Virus record (IMG/VR): IMGVR_UViG_3300045988_179760
Direction: 5' to 3' (one strand)
DNA: 64,000 nt
Source of the DNA: a virus
Shown: piece after piece, positions 44,361-55,044 of the stretch
Numbering within the stretch: position 1 is the stretch's first letter
Layout of the letters: the number at the start of each line of letters is the position of its first letter
Program-made: the position numbers and the translations under genes
The notes under the pieces: generated by a model
What the model was told of the DNA's origin: nothing
What the model saw: only the letters and a program-made list of their open reading frames with translations
Databases searched by the model: none

Positions 44361-45553
44361 CATTCGATGACCGTTTTCTTTTCGACCCGAACGACGAGAA
44401 TCTTTGGAAGACCGGAAGCATTGCCGACTGGTATAAAGGCAACGACATGTTCGAGATGGAGCATCCCGGATTGTTCGCGCAGACCCACCCGTGGTTCGTT
44501 GCGAACAAACTGTTCGCGGAGACAATGGTGAAAGCGAACAGCGAACTCGTTTCGAGTATCCTCGGAGCATTGTTCACGTGGAAGACATGCACGGTTGACC
44601 AACTACGTGCGGGACTTTCCATCAAAGGCGCTCCCGCTTTCGAACGTGACGAACCGAACCTGTATGGTGCGATGAACCGTTTGGGAATCATCAACGTCGG
44701 TTTCAGTCAGGCGGAACGATTGTACGGTCAGACCGTGAATCATGTTTGGCTTTCACCGTCGAACAGTCCACGTCTTATCAACCGTGCGATGAAATTGTAC
44801 GGGATGGAAAAGTGGATGCGTGAGACGATGGCGGTTTCCTATTACGCGGGGAATCGTTTCCATGTTCGGCATAACACTTATGCGGCGCACGCGGGATTGA
44901 TGTTGGCACGCGATTCACGTGTGAAATTTTCATCCGGTGATGGTTGGGGGAAATTCCGTAGCGTTGACCCACAGGCTGTTGCCGAGTCGAAGGTTGGCAA
45001 GGCTTGCGCTACCGATGTGGTGACGTTGTGCCGGAACAATGTGTTGGCGGGTATCGAAATCCAAACGTCCAACAGCGAATTGGATAAGAAGATGCAGAAC
45101 TGGGCGAAGATGCTCGCCTACTCTCCGATGAAACGTCGCGGACTCATCTGCGTATGGTTGCAGATACCGAAGGCGAACGAAGGTTACGAATCGTTCAATG
45201 CGGTGATACAACGCACGCAAGGCATGACGGAAATGGTCGTGGGCAATCCGACCGTGTCGCAACGAATGGGAGTCGCGGTTTGGGATGAATGGTTCGAGCA
45301 TGGGATGCCGACCGACAGGTTCGGTGAATATACGGACATGAGTGGAACACGGCGCAACATTTTCTCCGACGAGTGGGTGCAATACACTCCGCAGGTTCGT
45401 GACGTTCGCAAAGTCAGCGAATGGGGTTGGGACGTGACGCGGGACATCATCAAAAAGGATTGGGGTTGGGACGTTTCCGGTTGGACGATGCCGGAAGCGT
45501 ACCGTGGCGGTTTCTACGGTTTCATTGGAAAGGATTGCGATGGTCTCCACTGA
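44357..45553 (+). CDS. hypothetical protein (398 aa) in the transfer-like operon
   Basis: ORF track. Coupled to flanking genes. Confidence 0.55.
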   Translation: MTFDDRFLFDPNDENLWKTGSIADWYKGNDMFEMEHPGLFAQTHPWFVANKLFAETMVKANSELVSSILGALFTWKTCTVDQLRAGLSIKGAPAFERDEPNLYGAMNRLGIINVGFSQAERLYGQTVNHVWLSPSNSPRLINRAMKLYGMEKWMRETMAVSYYAGNRFHVRHNTYAAHAGLMLARDSRVKFSSGDGWGKFRSVDPQAVAESKVGKACATDVVTLCRNNVLAGIEIQTSNSELDKKMQNWAKMLAYSPMKRRGLICVWLQIPKANEGYESFNAVIQRTQGMTEMVVGNPTVSQRMGVAVWDEWFEHGMPTDRFGEYTDMSGTRRNIFSDEWVQYTPQVRDVRKVSEWGWDVTRDIIKKDWGWDVSGWTMPEAYRGGFYGFIGKDCDGLH

Positions 45554-45980
45554 GGAATCATTCCAACAGACGCAGGACGCGTTGGATGTAGCAAGATTGG
45601 AACGTGCGCGGGCTTTGCAACAGGTTCAGACATTATGTGAGACGGGACGTAGACATTTGGTCATTCCGTTTCTGATGGCGAACATGCAACGTGTTCCCGC
45701 ATTACGGAAGATACGACTCTGGCAGTTGGATTCGATAATGTTCAACACTTCCCGGCGGATTGCGAACAAAACAATCCGCGTCATGCGTGAAACCATCAAC
45801 GATGATTCGAGTGTGAACGATGGTTACGTGACATTGGGTTGGGCTTTGGAGTCGAAGGAGAAAACCGTCCGGATGACTACATGGCTTCTCCAATTGTCGT
45901 TACGTGAGAAGCTTTCCACTTTCCAGAAGCCGGAAGGTTTTCCATACGCGCAGTTGTATCAGCAGAGCACGAATGATTAA
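45540..45980 (+). CDS. hypothetical protein
   Basis: ORF 45504..45980. Start probably MVSTEESFQQ. Confidence 0.45.
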   Translation: MVSTEESFQQTQDALDVARLERARALQQVQTLCETGRRHLVIPFLMANMQRVPALRKIRLWQLDSIMFNTSRRIANKTIRVMRETINDDSSVNDGYVTLGWALESKEKTVRMTTWLLQLSLREKLSTFQKPEGFPYAQLYQQSTND

Positions 45981-46006
45981 ACAAAAAAAGGAAAGGAAGG
46001 TAAAAC

Positions 46007-48667
46007 ATGGGTAATCCGAACTGGTATCAGATAACCAGAACATTGCAACAGCTTGACGCGGACGAGCAACGTTCGAAAATGGAAAGCATTCCAGCCGAAC
46101 TGGATGGTTGCACCCTTCTCCTCATCAAGAAGGGCGAGGAGCCGGTCAAGGAATACATTTACGGCGACGGCGAGGGAATCATCAACGCCGGACAGTTGGC
46201 TGGATTCGATGCGAAATTGGTCGAAGACGACGACGGGCCGGTGTTGCCGGATGGCGTGAACAGTGCGGCACATCCTCTTGTACCATTCCGCGCCCGGTTG
46301 AACTCGAAAAGCAACATGGAGAAAATGCGGACGAACTATTCCGGTGTTCGTACAAGTATCGAGAAGGTCATGCCGCCGGACAGTTACGTGAGCATCACCC
46401 TTCGCAATCAGGGATACTTCGAGCAGATTCGTATTCGCAATTGGATTAGCGACGAATACAATGCGGTGGAGGATTCAAGCGAACTCGCTTCGACCAACAC
46501 GATGTGCGCCCGTGTGAGTTTCGGTTGCCGTCAGGCTTCGCGTAACCGACAGCTTGCGCAGAAGATTGGTCAAATCATCTGCCCGCTCATATCCAACATG
46601 TCCAGTCATGCGAGCCGTCCGAAATTCGGGTTGCTGTTCGTCACCATGCTGTTGGAAGTGTTGTCCGTGATTTGGAGTGTGTGCGGTCTTGCAAGAGGAT
46701 ACGTGATGGATGGGATTTTCCCATTGTTCCATTCCGCTTGGGGTTTCGGAATCGCGCTTCCGTTGCTTGCTGTGACGTTGGTCGTGTTCCTGTTCCTCAT
46801 GCTGTTGTCGTGCATTCCGTTCGTTTACATTCCAAGACCTCAGATTGCCGGTGGCGCGGTGGCGCTCATGCTTTACCTGCTGTTGGGGTTGCTTCCGCTC
46901 CCGACATTCATTCCGATTCTTTTCGTTCCTCTTCTTGTATTCGCGTTCATCCGTTGGAAGAACTGGACGTTGTGGGATGACATTTTCCAAACGCCACGAA
47001 GATATTATGCGATTGCGAACGACCGTGGCGCGAACGAGTCCGATAATCAGACCCGTCTTGGCGTGCGCACGCATAAGGAGCGCGTGTCGGCTTATGGTGC
47101 GCAACGTACCACGTTGATTCTTCCTCCGATTATCGTAAGCTCCGTGTTCACTCCGGTCACTCAGGGAGTGGCGATGAAACAGGAATTGCATCCCGTTCCG
47201 GAAGTATTGTCGCATGATGGCATCTTCCTTGGGAAGGATGATACGGGACGTAACTGTTATCTTGACCCGTCGCAATTGTTCGGCGGTATCGCCATCAACG
47301 GCGAGGCCGGTTCCGGTAAGACCGTGCTCACCCATGGCATCAGCCAGTGGGCCATCAGCGCACGCGAGACCACCAGTCCGAAAATCTGGGGGCGCGACTC
47401 CCGTATCATCCATTTTTGGATGAAGGATGATACCGGTGTTAACGTGTTGGAACGTTATCGCAAACGTCACGTTTTCACCAGTCCGCAACGCGTCGTCTAT
47501 TTGGCCGACCCGAACAGTGTGTGCTTGGACATGCTCGGCATGAAGGACGGGAATAATGCGATGGAGACTGCGGCGAGCGTGGCGAAGACCATGCGTTACT
47601 CGTTCGATGACGGTGATATTCTGAACGACTCGCAGAACATCATCACCCAAGCGTTGACCATCGGCGTGGCGGTTGACCGTTACGTGCAGGAGGAACGCAA
47701 GCATAATCCCGAATCCGCGAACAAGGATTGGGAAAGCGAGATTGTGAAACGTTGCCATCAGCTCGAACAATCGTATCCGGGTGCGGAACAGTTGCGAATG
47801 CAGTTGAGTCCAATCGGATGGGCCGTCGTCGCATTATGCGGTTCCGACGGTCAGGCCGGTTCCGCGAAAGCGTTGGGTCATGTGTGCCGCGCGTTGAGTA
47901 TGGAATTGAAGAGTGGCTACATGTTCGAGGAGATGACGTATGCCGCCCGTGCCGCCGAGCAATTGTATGGCCGTCCGGACGCGGCTGGTCATACGGTTCG
48001 TTCCGACCGTGACATTCTCGCCAAGACGAACGCCTCGTTGAACAAGGTGAATCAGTTCCTTCCCATCGAACACATGTTCACGGCACGTCGTGGCAGAGTG
48101 ACTTGGACGAACATTCTCGACCATGCTGGCGATTATCACATTGTGCTCGCACCTCATAATGGTTATTCGTTGCCGGAACGTATGGATAAGATTCTCGGCG
48201 GCTGGCTCATGTACCGTTTCTGGAATACGGTGTTCGCGCATTGCAAGGATTGGGATAAGGCTGGCAAGTGGACGATGCTCGTGTGTGACGAGTTGAGCTT
48301 GTTGGCTAACGGCAATGACGGTATCATGCCCGCGTTGCGTGAGCAGGGTCGTTCGTTCGGTCTTCTTCTCGTGTTCGCCACCCAGTATCCGACCCAGTTG
48401 TCCGACGCGATGTTGGATTCGTTCATCGGCTATTCGACGTTCATCACATACAATACGACGATTCCGCGTATTGCCGATATGACGGCGAAACGTTTGACAA
48501 ACAATGACGGTGAGGATGGTTGGCGTTCGGGCGCGGTCATGAATCTTCCACGTTATGCGGCGGCTGTTCGCACTCGAACCCAAGAACAGTTGCAACCGAC
48601 ATTCCTTGTTCATGTGAACGATTTCGATAACGGTTATCGCAATGGTGACATGGACGATGATGACTAG
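46007..48667 (+). CDS. FtsK/SpoIIIE/VirD4-like P-loop ATPase with internal TM segments (putative conjugative DNA translocase/coupling protein)
   Basis: Walker A GIAINGEAGSGKTVLT, Walker B WTMLVCDELS, LVFATQYPTQL. Four predicted TM helices at aa ~205-320. Confidence 0.7.
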   Translation: MGNPNWYQITRTLQQLDADEQRSKMESIPAELDGCTLLLIKKGEEPVKEYIYGDGEGIINAGQLAGFDAKLVEDDDGPVLPDGVNSAAHPLVPFRARLNSKSNMEKMRTNYSGVRTSIEKVMPPDSYVSITLRNQGYFEQIRIRNWISDEYNAVEDSSELASTNTMCARVSFGCRQASRNRQLAQKIGQIICPLISNMSSHASRPKFGLLFVTMLLEVLSVIWSVCGLARGYVMDGIFPLFHSAWGFGIALPLLAVTLVVFLFLMLLSCIPFVYIPRPQIAGGAVALMLYLLLGLLPLPTFIPILFVPLLVFAFIRWKNWTLWDDIFQTPRRYYAIANDRGANESDNQTRLGVRTHKERVSAYGAQRTTLILPPIIVSSVFTPVTQGVAMKQELHPVPEVLSHDGIFLGKDDTGRNCYLDPSQLFGGIAINGEAGSGKTVLTHGISQWAISARETTSPKIWGRDSRIIHFWMKDDTGVNVLERYRKRHVFTSPQRVVYLADPNSVCLDMLGMKDGNNAMETAASVAKTMRYSFDDGDILNDSQNIITQALTIGVAVDRYVQEERKHNPESANKDWESEIVKRCHQLEQSYPGAEQLRMQLSPIGWAVVALCGSDGQAGSAKALGHVCRALSMELKSGYMFEEMTYAARAAEQLYGRPDAAGHTVRSDRDILAKTNASLNKVNQFLPIEHMFTARRGRVTWTNILDHAGDYHIVLAPHNGYSLPERMDKILGGWLMYRFWNTVFAHCKDWDKAGKWTMLVCDELSLLANGNDGIMPALREQGRSFGLLLVFATQYPTQLSDAMLDSFIGYSTFITYNTTIPRIADMTAKRLTNNDGEDGWRSGAVMNLPRYAAAVRTRTQEQLQPTFLVHVNDFDNGYRNGDMDDDD

Positions 48668-48697
48668 CTTTTAGCGTTCATCATATCGCTTTTCAAA

Positions 48698-48735
48698 ATC
48701 CGTTCGGAACTTTCAACTTCCGGACGGATTTTTTA
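48698..48735 (+). terminator. rho-independent terminator (ATCCGTTCGG...CCGGACGGAT + TTTTTT)
   Basis: 10-bp stem with one G-U pair, then a T-run. Confidence 0.6.
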
Positions 48736-48833
48736 TACCTAAAAACCTCGCTATGGCTGGAAACAACCGCGTAGGTTGATAGGATGAAAAATGCAGGAGA
48801 GTTCCGTTTGGAAAACGAAAGGGAACTCAAAAA

Positions 48834-49178
48834 ATGGGTGGAACCATTACCTTGGCTGGAAGCAGCCTTGAGAGCACCTATCATAAGATGTTCGACACCA
48901 TTTTGAGCAGTAGCGCGGGAACCGTGTTGACCAACATCGGTCTTGCCGCAGCAGTGCTTCTCGCACTCGGCCTTATCGCCGGTGGCATTTGCAAGGCGTT
49001 GGGACGCCAAAACAAGCTCGTGCAGATGTTCTGCCCGAACATCGGACGTATTCTCGTCGTCCTCGCAGTCGGATTCATTCTCGCTGGCCCGACCATCACC
49101 ATTCCGGCAATTCTTAAGTTGATTGACTGGTTCGTTGACGCGGTTGGCGGCAGTGGAAAGACCTATCTGGGAATCTGA
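48834..49178 (+). CDS. small membrane protein (candidate VirB2/pilin-like or T4SS small subunit)
   Basis: 114 aa with two long hydrophobic helices. Confidence 0.4.
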   Translation: MGGTITLAGSSLESTYHKMFDTILSSSAGTVLTNIGLAAAVLLALGLIAGGICKALGRQNKLVQMFCPNIGRILVVLAVGFILAGPTITIPAILKLIDWFVDAVGGSGKTYLGI

Positions 49179-49190
49179 CATCCGCAGAGG

Positions 49191-49255
49191 GAAAACCGGA
49201 GTGGATATGCGAAGAGGACCTTTCCGGTTCTGTTCCCACTCCGGTTTTCTTTTAA
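49191..49255 (+). terminator. long hairpin GAAAACCGGAGTGG...CCACTCCGGTTTTC + TTTT
   Basis: 14-bp perfect arms with a 31-nt loop. Confidence 0.5.
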
Positions 49256-49283
49256 GAACCTTACGTACGAAAAGAGTTGAATC

Positions 49284-49706
49284 ATGAGCGATGAGGAAGA
49301 CGAAGGATACAAAGGTCCCTTGCATCCGAGGTTGACGATGGACGACATCACGGAAGTGTCCGGCCCGGAGGAAATCGAACGGAAGAACACGTTCCAGATA
49401 ACCAAGAACACTGAGGCCCGTTCCAAAACCGTGTTCTCCGTTATCGTCGGCGCATTGGCGGGCTTGGCTCTTTGCCTCATATTCGCCCCGTTGCTCGGAT
49501 ACATGTTCAGCTCGTTCTTCGTACTGTTGGGCGGAATACTGGCTCCGTTCTTCGCAGTCGGCACCATTAGAGACCGCACCCAACAGACACGGTGGAAGAG
49601 AACCTTGCAGGATATGAAGAGCCGCAAGATTGAAGGGCAGGTCTTCTACCCGAATTCCACTCAGCCGGAAAACATTATCGACCTTCAAGAAATGGAAATC
49701 CGTTGA
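49284..49706 (+). CDS. membrane protein (2-3 TM)
   Basis: ORF track. Hydrophobic core VFSVIVGALAGLALCLIFAPLLGYMFSSFFVLLGGILAPFFAV. Confidence 0.5.
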   Translation: MSDEEDEGYKGPLHPRLTMDDITEVSGPEEIERKNTFQITKNTEARSKTVFSVIVGALAGLALCLIFAPLLGYMFSSFFVLLGGILAPFFAVGTIRDRTQQTRWKRTLQDMKSRKIEGQVFYPNSTQPENIIDLQEMEIR

Positions 49707-52700
49707 ATACAAAATATCGAGACCCAGTGAAACGGGCGGGTAGAAGGAACCTGCTCGTCATTCTGATGTTGTGCGTGGTCATGACATTGTTCGTCTTGCC
49801 GTCCAGCGTGTTCGCCGCACAGGTCAACGATTCGACCACGACGATAACATGCGCCAACGGCGGGACTGACAGTGCTACATCAGACATCTCTAGTTGTCTT
49901 CCTTCCGGACGTTGGGGAAACTACGTTGGGGAAATCACTTCGCGTACGGAACCGTACAGTGGCAGCGATGTCGCCGGTTGGTTCTCGAACGTCAAGCAGA
50001 CCATCAGCTCGCAGACCCATATCGTCCTTCCCAACATTCTGATGCAGTTGACTCAGGTCTGCTGGTCTTCCGCATTGTCCATCAGCCAGTTCGCCGCTTC
50101 GTTCGAACCGATGAAACAGGCTGGTGCGAACATCGACTCCGCAGTGTCCACCATGGTGACGAGTCTGATGGACGGCGGTATCCCCGCCACCATCGCAGTG
50201 CTCGGCATCGTGGCTTGGGTTGGCGCGGCTGGATTCCAAATAGGCACCGTCAAAGAGGCGAGCAAACGAATCGTCATCATGGTTCTCTGCTTCGCTTCAA
50301 TCACGATGCTTGGAGCTGGAGCGGCCAAGACCGGGAAGAACGCCACAGAACCGGCGACCGGAAGCCCATGGTGGGTCGTGCAGACAATCAACAACACCAT
50401 CAACAAGCTTTCGGTCAACCTCGACCTTGACGGTATGGCCGACAGTGATAAAAACATGATGTCCTACCATCATGCGGCGAACGGTGCGAAAACCAATTGT
50501 CAGGATTACCTGTACTTCATGCATCAGGCGTATGACGAACAGGCGAAGTCCAACGGCAATCAGGATACAAGCAACGTCACCAAGGCCATCAACCGTATTT
50601 GGGAGGAGACCTCTCTTCGCTCGTTCGTGACCATGCAGTACGGAAACCCGCAGACCACCGGAACATCCTCGTTCCGTATCGCGGAAAACGCCCGGCAAGG
50701 TTACTGCCACGTGTTGGAGATGAAAGCCAACACGAACACGACCATCCAGAAGGATTTGACCAACAAGGCCATGGCGTTGCATATCAGCGACCAGCGAGCC
50801 AAATGGTTGTTCTCCGTGGACGGTTGGGTAGACCCGCGTAATCCTTACTTCACCGACAAGCCGTTGGAAAGGGAGAACGCGACATATCTCAGCCGTGCGG
50901 GCGTGTTCTGGGAAACCTGTGGCACGAAACGCAATCAGGAAATCTACGCGCGAGCCGGATGGGCGACACTCATCAACAATCTCGGTGACACGGGAACCAA
51001 GAACATCAAGAACGGCAGTACGAAAGTACGTGTCAAAATTGACGACTTGGACAATGTGAAACCGACCAACGGTGGCAAAGGCGTGATGGACGCGAAACAG
51101 AACGGCAGTGAAGACGAAACCATCCAACAGACCACTTCGGTCTGCCAGACGATTCTCAAACAGGGTTCCGTAATCTTCTCCCGTTCCACCGATATCAACA
51201 AGGAGGACGACGGAACCTATAAAGACCAGCAGAACGACACAAACTGGGGTGACTCCGCCACGGTCGGATGGCGTTTCGACGTGCCGAACGTTTCCGGAAC
51301 TTGGAGTGAGGCGAATCTTCGTGACGCTCAGGATGATTCCACTGTCACGGGCGGTGCGAAGAAAACCATCGACTACATGTATGGCAACAACAACGTCGAT
51401 ACGTTGGGTGCTTGCGGAACACTTATCGGAGGCATCGTCAATCTTGTGGTCTGGGGATTGTTGAGCCTTGTTCTAATACTGACGAAGCTCATGATGATAA
51501 TGATGGCGTTGTTCCTCGTGGTCACGTTCCTTGTCCAAGCGTTCCCGATTGGCGAGAAGCCGAAGAAGGCGTTGAAGAACTGGGCGACGTACACCTGCCA
51601 GTTGAGTATGGTAGGAGCGTTGTACGGTGCGCTCGGCGCTCTCGCAACATTCATTTGTGGCCTGACGTTGAAGTTCACCTCTGCCAGCAGTGGTTCGTTC
51701 ACCTACCAGTTGATTGCGGGATTGAGTCCGCTGTTGGCTCTCGCCGCAATCGGCATGTTCTGTTCGAAAGTGTTGAAGTGTGGTAATCCGTTCAGCGTCA
51801 ACGCTCTCATGGGCATGGCGGGTGGAACCGCAATGGCGTCCGGTCTTCGCAAGGGAATGCACATGATTGGACAGTACCGTATGATGCAAGCCATGCGTGG
51901 CGGATTCCGTCGTGGCGGCAATGGTGTCGGACGTTTGTCCACGAACGGTACCGGCGCTGGCATGGCCCATAACGGAGCACGTCAAAGCGAGACCGTCCTA
52001 AGCAAGATGAGCCGCGCGCAACAGGATTCGTTGAGTCAGGGCGATAGGAATCTGATGAATCGTAACGCCAAGGAGTTCGAGGCGATTCAGACGCGCGGAC
52101 GCGGAAGCAAGAACTGGGCACGAATGGACAAGAACACGGTGAGAGGAAGTCTTGCCGGTGCGAAACTCCATTTTGAGGATTCCACGGGCAAGTTCAAGGG
52201 ACGGTTGAACAAAGCCGTTTCCAAGTTCCATGGCGAGGACAATACGGAGGCGTTCGCCCATAGTATCGCCCAACGTCACCCGGGCATGTCCCTCAACGAT
52301 GTGCAACGCAAAGCGCAAAGGATGAACCATCTGAACAATGCCGGACGCAAACTCCAAGGTGCGGCAAGAGTCGCCGGAGCCGGAGCCGCAATGGCCGGTG
52401 CTGGTCTCGCTTTCGCCGCACGAGCCGCGAAGAGCGCGCCTTTGCGTAACGTAGCCGCACGCGGGGCGAAGGTCGCCGCGAAAGCCGCTGTCACCGGAGC
52501 TTTGTTCTCCAATCCGATTACCGCACCGTTGGGATTGATTGCCGCTGGAAAGCTGGCTACCGACCGTGACGCGTGGCATGGTGCCGCACAAGTAGGTAAA
52601 GGCATCGCGCACGCTGGTGGGAAGGGATTGCAGTTAGGCCATGACGCTTTGCAGAAGCGACTCGACCGCACTCAGAGAATCATCGACATGGCTAACGGTG

Positions 52701-53659
52701 ACGCTCCGTTGCCGTCGCCGTTCACTGGAACTGGTGATGGCAATGGGGGAGCCGGTGGTCCGGTTCCCACACCGTCCGGTTCGGATAATGGAGCCGGTAG
52801 TGCGATGCCGACTTCGGATGGGGCGCCGACCGAAACGATTCCAACTTCCGATGGAGCGCAACAGGCTCCCCGAATGGGAGAGAACGAAGCGTTCAATCAG
52901 GTACGTGCGGGAATGATGGCCGACTTCGTGGATAACCAGCACATGTCTCAAGAGGATGCGGAACAGGCTTTCCAAGAAGCCGTGGCCTCCGGTGAAGTCG
53001 ATAATTCTGTCCAAGCGTATATAAGCCAAAACAATCAATCTCCTATCGAGAATGCGACGGCTCAACCTGAGATGAATGCCAATCAGCCGGTGTACAACAC
53101 TGAGACAGGTGAGATTGTCGGTGAGACCCTACCCTCCGGAACGATGGACGCCGCCGTGTCCGCCGCCTCCACTTGGCAGAACGCGACCGGAAACACGACT
53201 CCGATGCCTGAATCGGTGAACAATGCACTGCAACAGGCATACATGCGCGAGAATCCGGTACAGCAGTCTCCGGAAGAGCATTTGCGGATGGCGCAGGAGG
53301 AGTGGACTAGGACGACTGGTCTTCCGAGCGATATGATGCCTGCGAGTGCGGAACGTGCCATGAATCCGAATGGAATTCAGCCGAGTAGAGAATTCACGGT
53401 TGATTCCGGTCGGACGCAACAGCAGGGTTCGGTACAGGCGCAAGCTCCGCGACAGCAGTCTCAACCGCAGCCACAAGCTCAGGTGAGGCAGCAGCCGTCG
53501 GTTCGAATGCAACCGCCAACCACACCGTCACCGACCGTCAAACAGCCAGTGGACGCCAACCCGTCAAACCTGACAGGTTTCCCCTCCGTAGGCAATCTTC
53601 ACATGAAGAAACCGCCGACCGGAGGACAGCCGACACCCAAACCGCCGTTCATGAAGTGA
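49703..53659 (+). CDS. 1318-aa polytopic membrane protein with long Ala/Gly/Gln/Pro-rich C-terminal low-complexity tail (candidate VirB6/TrbL-like channel component)
   Basis: Signal peptide. TM clusters at aa ~140-200 and ~570-690. C-terminal 500 aa low complexity (AARVAGAGAAMAGAGLAFAARAA..., QQSQPQPQAQVRQQ). The functional call is an inference. Confidence 0.55.
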   Translation: MNTKYRDPVKRAGRRNLLVILMLCVVMTLFVLPSSVFAAQVNDSTTTITCANGGTDSATSDISSCLPSGRWGNYVGEITSRTEPYSGSDVAGWFSNVKQTISSQTHIVLPNILMQLTQVCWSSALSISQFAASFEPMKQAGANIDSAVSTMVTSLMDGGIPATIAVLGIVAWVGAAGFQIGTVKEASKRIVIMVLCFASITMLGAGAAKTGKNATEPATGSPWWVVQTINNTINKLSVNLDLDGMADSDKNMMSYHHAANGAKTNCQDYLYFMHQAYDEQAKSNGNQDTSNVTKAINRIWEETSLRSFVTMQYGNPQTTGTSSFRIAENARQGYCHVLEMKANTNTTIQKDLTNKAMALHISDQRAKWLFSVDGWVDPRNPYFTDKPLERENATYLSRAGVFWETCGTKRNQEIYARAGWATLINNLGDTGTKNIKNGSTKVRVKIDDLDNVKPTNGGKGVMDAKQNGSEDETIQQTTSVCQTILKQGSVIFSRSTDINKEDDGTYKDQQNDTNWGDSATVGWRFDVPNVSGTWSEANLRDAQDDSTVTGGAKKTIDYMYGNNNVDTLGACGTLIGGIVNLVVWGLLSLVLILTKLMMIMMALFLVVTFLVQAFPIGEKPKKALKNWATYTCQLSMVGALYGALGALATFICGLTLKFTSASSGSFTYQLIAGLSPLLALAAIGMFCSKVLKCGNPFSVNALMGMAGGTAMASGLRKGMHMIGQYRMMQAMRGGFRRGGNGVGRLSTNGTGAGMAHNGARQSETVLSKMSRAQQDSLSQGDRNLMNRNAKEFEAIQTRGRGSKNWARMDKNTVRGSLAGAKLHFEDSTGKFKGRLNKAVSKFHGEDNTEAFAHSIAQRHPGMSLNDVQRKAQRMNHLNNAGRKLQGAARVAGAGAAMAGAGLAFAARAAKSAPLRNVAARGAKVAAKAAVTGALFSNPITAPLGLIAAGKLATDRDAWHGAAQVGKGIAHAGGKGLQLGHDALQKRLDRTQRIIDMANGDAPLPSPFTGTGDGNGGAGGPVPTPSGSDNGAGSAMPTSDGAPTETIPTSDGAQQAPRMGENEAFNQVRAGMMADFVDNQHMSQEDAEQAFQEAVASGEVDNSVQAYISQNNQSPIENATAQPEMNANQPVYNTETGEIVGETLPSGTMDAAVSAASTWQNATGNTTPMPESVNNALQQAYMRENPVQQSPEEHLRMAQEEWTRTTGLPSDMMPASAERAMNPNGIQPSREFTVDSGRTQQQGSVQAQAPRQQSQPQPQAQVRQQPSVRMQPPTTPSPTVKQPVDANPSNLTGFPSVGNLHMKKPPTGGQPTPKPPFMK

Positions 53660-53674
53660 CGTCGGTTTGACCAT

Positions 53675-53728
53675 CCGGCGTCGAATGTTTTGAGCATCTT
53701 CCACAGCATTCGACGCCGGTTTCCCTTT
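53675..53728 (+). terminator. rho-independent terminator (CCGGCGTCGAATG...CATTCGACGCCGG + TTTCCCTTT)
   Basis: 13-bp perfect stem. Confidence 0.6.
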
Positions 53729-53760
53729 CGTAAACCTTCCAACGTCAAGGAGATTAGAAA

Positions 53761-54114
53761 ATGGAAGAGGTAGGAAACCAAGCCGCTGACACTGCGGGAC
53801 GAACGTTGGGTGACGTGCTCACTGTGTTCTTCTCTTGGGTGTTCACACCGACGGGCGCAATCCTCACTTTGTTGATGATTATTATTTGCGCCGGTAGTGT
53901 CGTGTTCGCAATCTTGCAGAAAAGCACCCGCGCGTTGATGACCGCGTTGACCATCTGCGCGTTCCTGTTGTTCGTGTGGATTATCACCGGTGTCTTGGAG
54001 GTCATGGGTTTGCCCGTGCGTGAATGGATGAAGGATATCGCGGCCCAGATGCCTGATATCGGTTCACTGTTCATGGAGTTCCTTCGCAAACTGGTGTTCA
54101 CCGCTACCGAATGA
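53761..54114 (+). CDS. membrane protein (3 TM)
   Basis: ORF track, hydrophobic. Confidence 0.5.
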   Translation: MEEVGNQAADTAGRTLGDVLTVFFSWVFTPTGAILTLLMIIICAGSVVFAILQKSTRALMTALTICAFLLFVWIITGVLEVMGLPVREWMKDIAAQMPDIGSLFMEFLRKLVFTATE

Positions 54115-54351
54115 TTTTTGTTCGGCGGTAAAAACGAAAGAAGGCCGTATCCGTTTCATCGCGGACGCGGCTTTCTGTTTTTCTGTTCCGCCTGTAAACT
54201 TGTACGCCGTTCAACTGTTTTACTGGAATGTTTCTCCGAACGGTTTTCTGGTTCGGCGTGCCGACTTTTCGCCGTTGTTATCATCGAAACAAAAAGACAT
54301 ACCCCCACCATGATTCCGTCCACACCGGAAGCAGAAAAAGGAAACCAGAAC

Positions 54352-55014
54352 ATGAGAGTCAAAAACCATACGGTCATCATCACCGTCGCAATCATCAAAG
54401 GCGGTTCAGGAAAAACAACCACATCAATGGCATTGGCCGAACTATTGCACAAACGCGGGGAACAAGTCACAGTCTTGGACTCCGACAACACGGGCGGCGC
54501 GACCATGTGGGAAATGTACGTCGAACAGGAAAACCGCAGACGCAGACAGGACAATCCGGACGCGGAACCATACACGCTCGGCTTCCCCGTCGTGCAAACC
54601 AACGAAGCCGTATTGAACAATCCGGAACTCATCCGCGAAAAATATTCAGGCTGGGTCATCATCGACACCCCACCGTCCGACGCGGGAGTGGTGCAGGCGG
54701 CGATAAACGCGGGCGACGTGGTGATAATCCCATGCCAGCCATCCGTATCCGATTTGACCCACGCGGGACGCACATACGCGGCGGCACGCAACGGCATCGT
54801 CCTGTTGACACGCGTGAAGCCGAGAACGAAACTCGCCCGGAACAGCATCAGCGAACTGGATGAGGAAGGCATCGCACGGTTCGAAACCGTCATCACGGAA
54901 CGTGAAGCCGTCAAGAACATGTACGGCACAACCGAAATCGACAACAAGGAATATTCCAGCGTCGTGCAGGAACTCATCGACTATCTGTCTGAAATCAATC
55001 TGGTGGAAGAATAA
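54352..55014 (+). CDS. parA: ParA/Soj-family plasmid partition ATPase
   Basis: Start MRVKNHTVIITVAIIKGGSGKTTTSMALA (deviant Walker A KGGSGKTT). DSDNTGG. ORF 54118..55014 trimmed to this Met. Confidence 0.8.
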   Translation: MRVKNHTVIITVAIIKGGSGKTTTSMALAELLHKRGEQVTVLDSDNTGGATMWEMYVEQENRRRRQDNPDAEPYTLGFPVVQTNEAVLNNPELIREKYSGWVIIDTPPSDAGVVQAAINAGDVVIIPCQPSVSDLTHAGRTYAAARNGIVLLTRVKPRTKLARNSISELDEEGIARFETVITEREAVKNMYGTTEIDNKEYSSVVQELIDYLSEINLVEE

Positions 55015-55044
55015 AAACAGGAGCAGGGGAGTAAGTAGGCAATC

